Shown: positions 1 to 8,257 of the stretch, one piece after another
How the letters are laid out: each line of letters opens with the position of its first letter
How positions within the stretch are numbered: position 1 is the stretch's first letter
NCBI RefSeq assembly: GCF_006345805.1
Contig: NW_021828455.1
Location: 1-8,257 of the forward strand
From: Octopus sinensis
Taxonomy: Eukaryota
Direction of reading: 5' to 3'
DNA: 8,257 nucleotides
Made by a program: the position numbers and the translations under genes
The notes under the pieces: generated by a model
What the model was told of the DNA's origin: nothing
What the model saw: only the letters and a program-made list of their open reading frames with translations
Databases searched by the model: none

Positions 1-113
1 ATATGTTTATAGTTATATATATATATATATTTGTTGTTTGTTTGTTTTTTATCATCCAGATCAGTGAATTTGAAATGTCAACGCTGAAAGCTAGCGTCTT
101 TTATTGCTAAGTT

Positions 114-151
114 GTGCTGTTGCTGTTCTTGTTCTGTTTCAGTAATTATTA

Positions 152-199
<48 letters not shown>

Positions 200-245
200 C
201 ATTATTTATTTACTATTATTGTTATTGTTATTATTGTTATTATTA

Positions 246-291
<46 letters not shown>

Positions 292-398
292 TGCTGTTGT
301 TGTTGGTGTTGTTGCTGTTGTTGCTGTTATTATTATTATTATTGTCGTCTTCGTCATCACCATCAGCATCATCACCACCATCATCATCATCATCATCA

Positions 399-451
<53 letters not shown>
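114..451. repeat. Compound trinucleotide microsatellite (GTT/GCT, ATT, CAT blocks)
   Basis: Long (ATT)n from ~145, GTT/GCT block ~291-330, and (CAT)n ~352-451. It explains the homopolymeric ORFs 114..455 and 289..507. Confidence 0.97.
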
Positions 452-550
452 GTAGACAGTATTGTACAACGTGTAGAATATTTGCTTGTGTTCTGGATTT
501 TGATCACCGTAAATCAGAGTGAGGAGACGGTGGTAATCTTGTTGTTGACG

Positions 551-770
551 CCACCACTACCACCAACACCAACACCAACACCACACCAATAGCACCGCCA
601 CCATCGCCACAAACACCGCTACCACTTACCATCACCACCCACCGTCGTCGCTGTCATCATCATCATCATCATCATCCTCATTGTCACCAATACCAACAAA
701 GCCTCTCCTTACCTCCCCCTAGCCCTCTCTCCTTCCTCTTCCTCTTCCTCTTCCTCCCATTTCTCCTCCC
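551..770. repeat. Degenerate (CAC/CAA/CAT)n tract followed by a pyrimidine-rich (TTCCTC)n tract
   Basis: ccaccactaccaccaacacc..., (CAT)n ~655-676, and four TTCCTC units at ~733-756. Confidence 0.85.
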
Positions 771-880
771 ACTCCATCATTATCCACATTCATGTACAGA
801 CCGTTAAAGATTTTAAATAAAGGAGAAGAAAAATGGGAGACGAAAGTTTGTTTCGCATCAGGTCTGAAGGGCTTTCAGCG

Positions 881-905
881 AAGAAAGAAAGAAAGAAAGA
901 AAAGA
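881..905. repeat. (AAGA)n tetranucleotide microsatellite
   Basis: aagaaagaaagaaagaaagaaaaga. Confidence 0.9.
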
Positions 906-1046
906 AGGAGGCACTTCCCTGAGGATATTCAACAGTTCCAGTAAATACCGATTTCTTCGTTCTTGGAATCAGTTTATGGATTTTCTTTTATTTATATGTA
1001 TTTCTTTTTAACGGAATGGAAGCTCATGAGTGCCTATTGTTCTATT

Positions 1047-1054
1047 TGCTGCTG

Positions 1055-1086
<32 letters not shown>

Positions 1087-1137
1087 GCCACTACTACTAC
1101 TACCACTACTACTACCACCACCACCACCACCACCACC

Positions 1138-1204
<67 letters not shown>

Positions 1205-1393
1205 TAATAATAATAATAATAATAATAATGATGATGATGATAATAATGATAATAGTAGTAGTAGTAGTAGTAATAAATAATAATAATAATAACAATACAC
1301 CAACTACAGCTACAACAGGAACGACTACTACTGTTGTGGCTGCTACTACTACTACTACAACAACAACAACTACTACTGTTTTTGATGTTGTTG
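1047..1393. repeat. Compound trinucleotide microsatellite (CTA, CCA, ATA, ATG, GTA, ACA blocks)
   Basis: Consecutive pure blocks of (CTA)n, (CCA)n, (CTA)n, (ATA)n, (ATG)n and (GTA)n. It explains the poly-Y/H/N, poly-T, poly-L/P and poly-V ORFs. Confidence 0.97.
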
Positions 1394-1570
1394 TTCCTCT
1401 CTTGTATTCCTTTGAGCCAACTTTAAGCCAGTTTCTTCTCCGTCAATTCTAAAAGGAACCAAACATCATGGTCACAGGATGTGAACCAACAAGGGAATAT
1501 CCATGTAGCAGTCGCACGTTCCACTGAAAATAGCAGCCAAAATACCTTTTCGAATCACACTGCATAATCC

Positions 1571-1630
1571 CCACCACCACCACCACTATCGCCATCATCA
1601 CCATCATCATCATCATCATTGTTATTATTT
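1571..1630. repeat. Short (CAC/CAT/TTA) trinucleotide tract
   Basis: ccaccaccaccaccactatcgccatcatcaccatcatcatcatcatcattgttattattt. Confidence 0.85.
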
Positions 1631-1644
1631 ACCCCTGCCTCGAA

Positions 1645-1848
1645 TCTTAGGGCTCAGAGGACCAGTTACCCGATCTCCAAGTGGTCGAGATCACATTTCC
1701 TCCGAACGGGAGACCGGTCAATCCTTTAAGTTACTCGTTTACTGGAACAAAGTAAAAGGAAATGTTTGTTCCTGAGCACAAGGAATCGCCGGGAACGGAG
1801 AGCACGATTTTACGATCGTGACCGAAGTACACTAACCACTAGGCCGCG
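1645..1848 (-). mobile_element. Degenerate tRNA-derived SINE copy
   Basis: The minus strand reads cgcGGCCTAGTGGTTAGtgtacttcggtcacgatcgtaaaatcgtg..., an A-box-type head (1832-1845). The B-box is decayed and is followed by ttccttgtgctcaggaacaaacattt, similar to the segment after the head at 1925-2017. The left boundary is uncertain. Confidence 0.6.
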
Positions 1849-1924
1849 AAACTTCGCATATAAAAATGAACAAGATAAGCCTCATAAAGGACCCGACTCC
1901 TAAATATTTAGGTGTAACGTGTGA

Positions 1925-2017
1925 TGGCCTAGATGGTTAGGGAGTTGTGGCAAAGATTGTTGGTTCATGAGTTCGATCCTCGTACCATGAAGTGTTGAAC
2001 CTTTGAACAAGACACCT
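1925..2017 (+). mobile_element. 5' fragment of a tRNA-derived SINE
   Basis: A-box-like TGGCCTAGATGGTTAG (1925-1940) and B-box GAGTTCGATCC (1969-1979) at tRNA-like spacing, then gtgttgaacctttgaacaagacacct. Confidence 0.7.
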
Positions 2018-2044
2018 CGGATGTTTGTGGTATTCGTCACAATA

Positions 2045-2275
2045 AGGCGGCGAGCTGGCAGAAACGTTAGCATGCCGGGCGAAATGCTTAGCGGTATTTC
2101 GTCTGGGTTACGTTGTGAGTTCAAATTCCGCCGATGTCGACTTTGCCTTTCATCCTTTCGGGGTCGATAAATTAAGTACCAGTTACGCACTGGCGTAGAT
2201 GTAATCGACTTAAAATATATGTCTGTCCTTGTTTGTCCCCTCTGTGTTTAGCCCCTTGTGGGTAATAAAGAAATA
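2045..2275 (+). mobile_element. Near full-length tRNA-derived SINE with 12-bp target-site duplication
   Basis: Head ggcggcgagcTGGCAGAAACGTTAG, B-box GAGTTCAAATTCC (2117-2129), body gtcgactttgcctttcatcctttcggggtcgataaattaagtaccag, and A-rich end aataaagaaata. It is flanked by exact GGTATTCGTCAC at 2029-2040 and 2276-2287. It resembles an abundant Octopus SINE as I recall it; family not assigned. Confidence 0.88.
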
Positions 2276-2589
2276 GGTATTCGTCACTGCTTACAATTAT
2301 CTTTAAAAAAATTGTTTTTAATGTGTCATATAGATTTAAATTTTGACGCTGAATCCGAATTTGTTATTCATTTATCCGACAAAAATTTTGCAAAAATGTT
2401 ACAGGTGTTCAAAGTTTGATAATTTTCAGAATTTTCAGCCAATCAGAAAACAGCGCGTTCGCTGCCTCTTCTGTCATCAGGAAGCGGGGGTGAGAGTGGG
2501 GGTGGGGGCATGGGCATGTCAAAACATTAAACTAAAATTGTTGAGTGTGAGTTCCATCTGTCATGAAAACAAACAATTATAGAACAAGT

Positions 2590-2750
2590 GGTGGTTACAC
2601 TCTAACTTATCGGTTCGGCAAAAGAAACCGATAGAATAAGTACTAGGCTTACAAAGAATAAGTCATGGGGACGATTTGCTCGACTAAAAAGCGGTGCTCC
2701 AGTATGGCCACTGTCAAGGCCTGAAACAAGGAAAAGACTAAAGAATACAA

Positions 2751-2752
<2 letters not shown>
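2590..2752 (+). mobile_element. 3' half of a second SINE family, ending in an A-rich tail
   Basis: 2601-2636 matches the reverse complement of 6397-6432 at 30/36 nt, and 2619-2645 matches 3694-3720 at 22/27 nt. The end gaaacaaggaaaagactaaagaatacaagaat runs into (AT)32. Confidence 0.8.

Positions 2753-2816
<64 letters not shown>
2753..2816. repeat. (AT)32 microsatellite
   Basis: Perfect 64-bp AT run. Confidence 0.98.
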
Positions 2817-2819
<3 letters not shown>

Positions 2820-3308
2820 ATGTATGTATGTATGCATGAATGTGTGTATTAATCAATGTATGTATGTATGTTGACATTTTCACGTATGCACACACACGTA
2901 TTCAAACTGACAGAAAGAAAGAAATAATACCAAAACTAAACTTGGAATATCAATGCTTTCCTTGTGCACAGTTTTTGATTGATGGCATATTTAATGTCCC
3001 CGATGAACTCGGTGAGAAACTAACACGATATTTGCAGTTTATTTAACATGGAAACCTGAAAACGACAGAAGATTGACGTGTATAGTTTGTCATCCTGTCG
3101 CACGGCATTTGCTTTTTGTGACAACGACACACGAACCGTATGGCCTTGGAACTACACCGATAAAACAAATATGACATCGCTATATAAGACTGGTGTGTAG
3201 ACATAAAACTAACGCGTACATATAAGGAAACCTTAAACACAGATTACAGACTTATATATAGATTCAGTCATAATGTAGATACGACGTAGACGTATAAATA
3301 CTTAAGAT

Positions 3309-3720
3309 GCGCGCAAGCATGTCTGTGTGGTTAAGAGGCTCGCCTTACAAAGTGTGGTATTCTGGGCTGGTGTCTCGTAACATAGTCCCGGGCCGACCAA
3401 TGCCTTGTGAGTGAATTTGATAGCACGGAAACAACATGGAAATCCTTCACGCGAAACCGGTCGACTATTATGATATTCTATCTCTTAAAATATATTAAAA
3501 ATATATATAAACTGTGTGCATTTTTCTTATTTTATTATATATATTTTCACTACATCTCACAACGTGAGGAAAGTCTCTTCAACGAAATTCCTTTTTGTTG
3601 TGAGTGTGTTGCCTCTGTGTGTATGCGTTGGTCACCTCCTCTGTTTGATTACCGGTGTTGGTTACTCTACGTTTCCAAAGCTCAGCGCTTTGACAAAAGA
3701 GTTCGGTAGAATACGTACTA
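3309..3720 (+). mobile_element. Old, diverged SINE copy (same family as 2590-2752) with an AT-rich middle
   Basis: tRNA-like head gcgcgcaagcaTGTCTGTGTGGTTAAG (3320-3335), body cgggccgaccaatgccttgtgagtgaatttgatag, and a 3' segment (3694-3720) matching 2619-2645 at 22/27 nt. Linking the head to the 3' segment relies on my recollection of the family. Confidence 0.6.
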
Positions 3721-3729
3721 TTCATGCCG

Positions 3730-4109
3730 TTTACACTGCCTGGCTCAGAGCGAGGAACTCAACACTCATCCTGGCGTAGGAAACGTTCAAAGAAACCTAT
3801 TGGATTTGCCTCAAACAATGTCAGATTTTCCCGTGATGTGATCAATTTGATACGCCTTCGATCAGATGTCAGAAGACACCTGATCGAGTAGAGAAACCTT
3901 CGTCATGCCAATATCATCGTGCAGGATATTCCCACATTTCTCACAGGATATACTAATAGCATTGGCTACTAGATTTATTGTCAATCGCCTGTCATGTGGT
4001 GAACACGATCACTGTTTTCCTTAGTAGTGGCAGTTGCAGGACGTCCGGACCTTGGGTCATCTTCAAGACACACCCTTCTCCTCTTAAATATTGCTGCCCA
4101 CTTTTGCAA
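3730..4109 (-). pseudogene. Mariner (Tc1/mariner DD34D) transposase fragment, N-terminal/HTH region to the first catalytic Asp, frameshifted
   Basis: Minus-strand translation across frameshifts: QKWAAIFKRRRVCLEDDPRSGRPATATTKENSDRVHHM / RRLTINLVANAISISCEKCGNILHDDIGMTKVS / LLTSDRRRIKLITSRENLTLFEANPIGFFERFLRQDEC*V. These match the mariner motifs W..F.RG..S.ED..RSGRP, the second HTH, and (T/Q)DE.WV. Confidence 0.92.
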
Positions 4110-4316
4110 TGGCCGCTGTGCATGACTGTAACTTTGAACTGGTTGATCACTCTCCCTATTTTCCCGATTGGCCCCACCTGACAATCATCTGTTACTCAAA
4201 CATGAAAATAAAAACACATGGGTGGTGCGGATTAGAATTGCATAGATGATGACGTCATATTTGTTGTTGCTGACGTTTATTAACGAACAGGATGTAAGCT
4301 TCTTCGTCAATGGTTT
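4104..4316 (+). pseudogene. Mariner transposase C-terminal fragment, frameshifted
   Basis: Plus-strand translation: AMAAVHDCNFELVDHSPYFPD / (L)APPDNHLL ... DDDVIFVVAD / INEQDVSFFVNG. This is a degenerate HPPYSPDLAPSD motif (carrying the third catalytic Asp) followed by C-terminal sequence. Confidence 0.88.
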
Positions 4317-4384
4317 TGTGCGTGTGTTTGTGAGTGTATGTGTCTGTGTGTACGTGTGTCTGTATGTGTCTTTGGTTCAAACTA

Positions 4385-4428
4385 GTTTCAACTCTAGGCA
4401 TGCAGCCATGCTGTGGCATCACGTTGAA
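4385..4428 (-). mobile_element. Possible short 3'-end fragment of the SINE family at 2590-2752
   Basis: gtttcaactctaggcatgcagccatgctgtggcatcacgttgaa loosely matches the reverse complement of 2689-2727 and the segment 6341-6382. Confidence 0.4.
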
Positions 4429-4450
4429 AGAAAGCAGATCAGCTATATTC

Positions 4451-4452
<2 letters not shown>

Positions 4453-4504
<52 letters not shown>
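4453..4504. repeat. (TA)26 microsatellite
   Basis: Perfect TA run. Confidence 0.98.
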
Positions 4505-4508
<4 letters not shown>

Positions 4509-4614
4509 TCTTAGGGAAATAAGAATTGTAGGTATTAATTTGGATAATTTTAATGTTTAGTCCTATATGTACATATTGTAGAAATGTCATTCAGTGATGA
4601 TTGAGTTGCTTGAG

Positions 4615-4942
<328 letters not shown>

Positions 4943-5278
4943 GTTTGGGTCTCTCTGACCTGATACTCTAAAGCCCCAGGACAAACAGTTCGACCACTCC
5001 AATATTGAAGTTAATTAGCAACTGATAACGGAAATGAATGTTTGTTGCTGTTTTGACAGTGAAATGGAAACATTGTTAATTTCTCAGAGGACAATGAAGT
5101 TATCATATTATGAAATGTTTATTTCAATGAAAGGAATTAAAACAACTCTGTATATATACACATATAGATAGATTCGTGGACATTCACTCAGAATTATATA
5201 TACATGCATACAAATATATCGTACTTGTATGTGTAAACAAAAATATACATGTATTCATTTATTCATATACATACACAG

Positions 5279-5350
5279 GGAGAGAGAGAGAGAGAGAGAG
5301 AAAGAAAGAAAGTGAGAGTGTGTGAGAGAGCGAGAGTGAAGGAGAGAGAA
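5279..5350. repeat. (GA)n/(GAAA)n purine-rich tract
   Basis: gagagagagagagagagagagaaagaaagaaagtgagagtgtgtgagagag. Confidence 0.93.
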
Positions 5351-5381
5351 AGAGCGAAAGTGATAAAGCTCTAGATGGAAA

Positions 5382-5499
5382 TATATGTATACATATATAC
5401 ATACATGCAAATGTGTACATACATACATACATACATACATACATACATACATACATACATACATACATCATACATACATACCTACATATCCCACATACT

Positions 5500-5576
<77 letters not shown>

Positions 5577-5809
5577 ATATATAAATATATTTATTACACA
5601 CACATATATATATATTATAGATATATATATATATATATGTTATTACATAATATAGTTATGCGCACCCATATTCAATGTTTTTAAATATGTTTACATGCAA
5701 ACATACACACGCACGCACTCACACACACACACATATCATATATATATATATATATATATATAAAACGCACACATATATGTACACACACATATGTACTATA
5801 TATGTATGT

Positions 5810-5842
<33 letters not shown>
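5382..5842. repeat. Compound (CATA)n, (TA)n and (CA)n microsatellite cluster
   Basis: (CATA)n ~5418-5468, imperfect (TA)n ~5499-5637, and (CA)n blocks at ~5720-5732 and ~5811-5842. Confidence 0.95.
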
Positions 5843-5843
<1 letters not shown>

Positions 5844-6324
5844 CTGCATGTTTGTAATGTGCCGATGATCTTCACATCACTTATGAATCATGGAAGCCGA
5901 CGATGCTATACGGTGGATGACAATTCCAAACTAAACATTAGTTTTTTCTTATGACAATATCGGCTAATTAATTAATGCACGGCTGATTGATTGATTGGAG
6001 AGAAACTTTGTTACAATCTATTATTTTTTTTGCAGAATTTCCTGGGTGTGGTTCAGCAGACGAACATGAAACAATGTGACCGCTTTCAATTTTGTCTATC
6101 ATCAAGGACTTCGTCAACAGAAATATGCTACGACTGTGTCTACAACATGTTGAGCACTATTGACAAATCGCTTCTCCGTTGTATTACGACGTATTAGGTT
6201 AGGCCGTTGGAAAACATTGGTTTTATGCCTCTTTCTTGTTTTCATTATCATTACCGAATATTTCTGCTAATTAGCTTATAATGGGAAAGTGGACTGGAAG
6301 AAAAGGGTTCAGCAATGAATGAAA

Positions 6325-6510
6325 TTTATCTTTTATCTGTTTCAGTTATTAGATAGTGGCTATCGTGGGACACCATCTTGAAGGACTTTAGTCGAATGCT
6401 ATTGGTCTCTTTTGCTGAACCACTAAGTTAGATGAACGTAAAAAAACAAAACCCATGAGTTGTGAAGCAGTGAAGGACAGATATACACACACACTCAAAC
6501 TGACGCACAC
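6325..6510 (-). mobile_element. Internally deleted 3' half of the SINE family at 2590-2752, reverse orientation
   Basis: The reverse complement of 6397-6432 matches 2601-2636 at 30/36 nt. Its tail end (tttatcttttatctgtttcag) matches the reverse complement of the 2720-2745 tail, and the segment between ttagtcgaa and tgctattgg is missing relative to the other copy. Confidence 0.78.
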
Positions 6511-6570
6511 ACACACATACACACACACACACACACAACAACACACACACACACACACATATATATATAT

Positions 6571-6606
<36 letters not shown>

Positions 6607-6632
6607 CACACAAACATACACACACTCACACA
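6481..6632. repeat. Compound (CA)n/(TA)n microsatellite
   Basis: Alternating CA and TA runs. Confidence 0.93.
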
Positions 6633-7101
6633 TGTAATCTGAGTCTCAAGACAGTTCATGACTCATGAATGACTTTTCGTTGACACAGATCTTGCTTTGT
6701 AAGCATGCATGAAAGCTACTCTGCTTGTATCGAGAGGTGTGAGAAAACTTCGTCGATTCTTATACACGCATCAACCATGTTTCCTTTAAGAATCAAATAT
6801 GCCTGAAAGACTATGAAAAATATTTTCCTTTTTCCTTGAATGTACGAAAATATTAATAAAATCGTTTTTTAATTGCATCCTTGGCAATAAACTGGTAAAC
6901 TTAGGTACATTGTTGTAATTTGATTGGTTATTAACAGATATTTTTAAAATTAATTACTTGTAAGTAAGCACCAGGTTGAAGAGATAACATGAGAGAAGCG
7001 ACTTTTGCTGCAAACGCTTTTGAAAATAAAATTGAAAAGTGAAGCAGTAAAATTCTTGTTACAAGCACATTTACTTTAATCTAATTCCAGTAAATATACA
7101 C

Positions 7102-7105
<4 letters not shown>

Positions 7106-7141
<36 letters not shown>
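7106..7141. repeat. (AC)18 microsatellite
   Basis: Perfect AC run. Confidence 0.98.
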
Positions 7142-7147
<6 letters not shown>

Positions 7148-7277
7148 TTATATATACGTTATCTATGTGTCATTGCACAATGAAAAGAGGTTAAAGTCAC
7201 AAAATTCGCAGTTGATAAGTGTTCCAACGTTTAAAATGAAGATTGGGTTTTACCATAGGATATTTATTGGCTTACTC

Positions 7278-7636
7278 TTAACCACTACGCCATAAGCCCG
7301 GGGGCATTTGGCCTAGTAGTTAACAACGCGGGCTACTAACCCCAAGATTCCGAATTCGTTTCCAAGCAGTGACCTGAACACTAACAATACTAACAACAAC
7401 AAGAACAACAACACCAGCAACAGTAACAATAATAATAATAATAATAGTAATAGCATTAAAAAAACCCTTAGGAATGAGAACCCAGGTTCGAAATTTCCAC
7501 TTGACACCTGAAGATAGCTGGAGGGTATATCAGCCGAAACTTTGTGTTAACAAGAAACAAGTTGAGGGCAAATATCCGTCGAATGTAAATAATGTAAATA
7601 ATGTACATAATTCCCCATCTCTTAAATATAAAACTG
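7278..7636 (+). mobile_element. Composite non-autonomous retroelement: fold-back tRNA-like head, AAC/AAT tract, and Penelope-type hammerhead tail
   Basis: A-box TGGCCTAGTAGTTAA (7309-7323); anticodon-like loop CT-ACT-AA; B-box-like GAATTCGTTTCC (7352-7363); inverted copy of the head at 7278-7299; AAC/AAT repeats ~7379-7453; hammerhead core at 7501-7550; 9-bp tandem AATGTAAAT x2 plus AATGTACAT (7582-7608). The right boundary is approximate. Confidence 0.72.
7501..7550 (+). ncRNA. Minimal type I hammerhead ribozyme motif (Penelope-like), degenerate copy
   Basis: Stem I TTGACAC (7501-7507) pairs with GTGTTAA (7544-7550), 7 bp including one G-U. Core CTGAAGA (7508-7514); stem II (A)GCTG / CAGC(C) (7516-7520 / 7531-7535); GAAA (7536-7539); then C-T-T-T where active minimal hammerheads have the palindromic AC-GT-H. 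Confidence 0.72.
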
Positions 7637-8040
7637 TATATAAAAACAATTTTCTATCGGGTTTTGGTTAAAGGAAATGTGGTTGTGTCAAAACGTAAGG
7701 AAATATACAGAAAAATAAAGTGACACCAGTCTCCTAAATTCTTAAAGTTATCGCTCGAAATATCAACATGCGACCAATCCTAAAATTCTAAACCTATCGT
7801 TTTTTATGATTGCTCATAAAGCACTAAGCTAAAAAAAAAATTAAAAAATGAAAACATTGTTTCTGTATAAATCGTCAAAAAAAAGAAATAACTGTTATAG
7901 AAAACAAATAAAACGATAGATTCCAATAATTTCTCATCAATGCTGAATTTTGGAAGCGAAGAAACAAGTAATATTTTGGCCAACAGAAAGTTTCAGGGTG
8001 ATGAGAAAGATAAGGCTTTCAGAACGGGCTTAGACAGGGT

Positions 8041-8063
8041 ATGTGTGCATGTGTGTGTGTTGT

Positions 8064-8103
<40 letters not shown>

Positions 8104-8104
8104 C
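8041..8104. repeat. (GT)n/(GA)n compound microsatellite
   Basis: gtgtgtgtgttgtgagagagagagagaaagagagagagagagagagagagac. Confidence 0.93.
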
Positions 8105-8257
8105 AGAGTAGTACAAGATATTGATTTTAAAAAAAACATATGTTGAACTATAAATAGACGGATTAAGCAGGATTATGCTCGTGCTAAACCGGTTTATAGA
8201 CAATCATATCACTAAATCGCTATTCGGAAACGCAAAAAGCAAAAATAATGCAACACT

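Noticed and set aside
60-110. Possible exon after tttttatcatccAG (ISEFEMSTLKASVFYC*)
   Set aside because: The acceptor-like site is plausible, but the peptide is short and unrecognised, and there is no coding-compatible donor.
863-890. ctgaagggctttcag hairpin resembling a hammerhead start
   Set aside because: It reads CTGAAGG rather than CTGANGA and has no matching stem I/III arrangement.
114-1452. ORFs encoding poly-I/L/H/D/Y/T/V/N tracts
   Set aside because: These are direct translations of trinucleotide microsatellites, with no recognisable domain or gene structure.
1515-1562. ctgaaaatagcagccaaatacc...gaatcacac, reminiscent of an Octopus repeat fragment
   Set aside because: This rests on vague recollection only, with no second copy or diagnostic motif in the window.
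1900-2190. 96-aa minus-strand ORF
   Set aside because: It is the antisense reading of two adjacent SINE sequences.
2310-2578. Possible MITE bounded by AATTGTTT / AAACAATT
   Set aside because: An 8-bp AT-rich inverted match is expected by chance, and no TSD is evident.
2998-3030. Hammerhead-like ccgatga...gagaaac
   Set aside because: The core has C in place of the conserved U (CCGATGA), and no convincing stem I or stem II can be formed.
6325-6400. Strong acceptor-like tttatcttttatctgtttcAG followed by LLDSGYRGTPS*
   Set aside because: It is better explained as the reverse-complemented A-rich tail of the SINE copy at 6325-6510.
7302-7375. Functional tRNA gene
   Set aside because: A- and B-box-like motifs are present, but the acceptor stem and a full anticodon stem do not pair, so it is treated as a SINE head. 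The same applies to the heads at 1925, 2045 and 3309.
7690-7970. AT-rich segment that might be a DNA-transposon remnant
   Set aside because: No TIRs, TSD, coding motif or internal second copy could be identified.

Overview
This is AT-rich, non-coding eukaryotic DNA, intronic or intergenic, densely packed with microsatellites and decayed transposable elements. The repeat style and several SINE-like segments resemble what I recall of coleoid cephalopod (Octopus-like) genomes; this is inferred and not database-checked. No intact protein-coding gene is supported, and almost all listed ORFs are read-throughs of simple repeats. Supported features are: several tRNA-derived SINE copies or fragments (one near full length with a 12-bp target-site duplication); two mariner (DD34D) transposase pseudo-fragments joined in opposite orientation at a TTGCAA palindrome; and a composite element at ~7278-7636. 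That element consists of a fold-back tRNA-like Pol III head, an internal AAC/AAT microsatellite, and a Penelope-type minimal hammerhead ribozyme motif. It is the most interesting object in the window.
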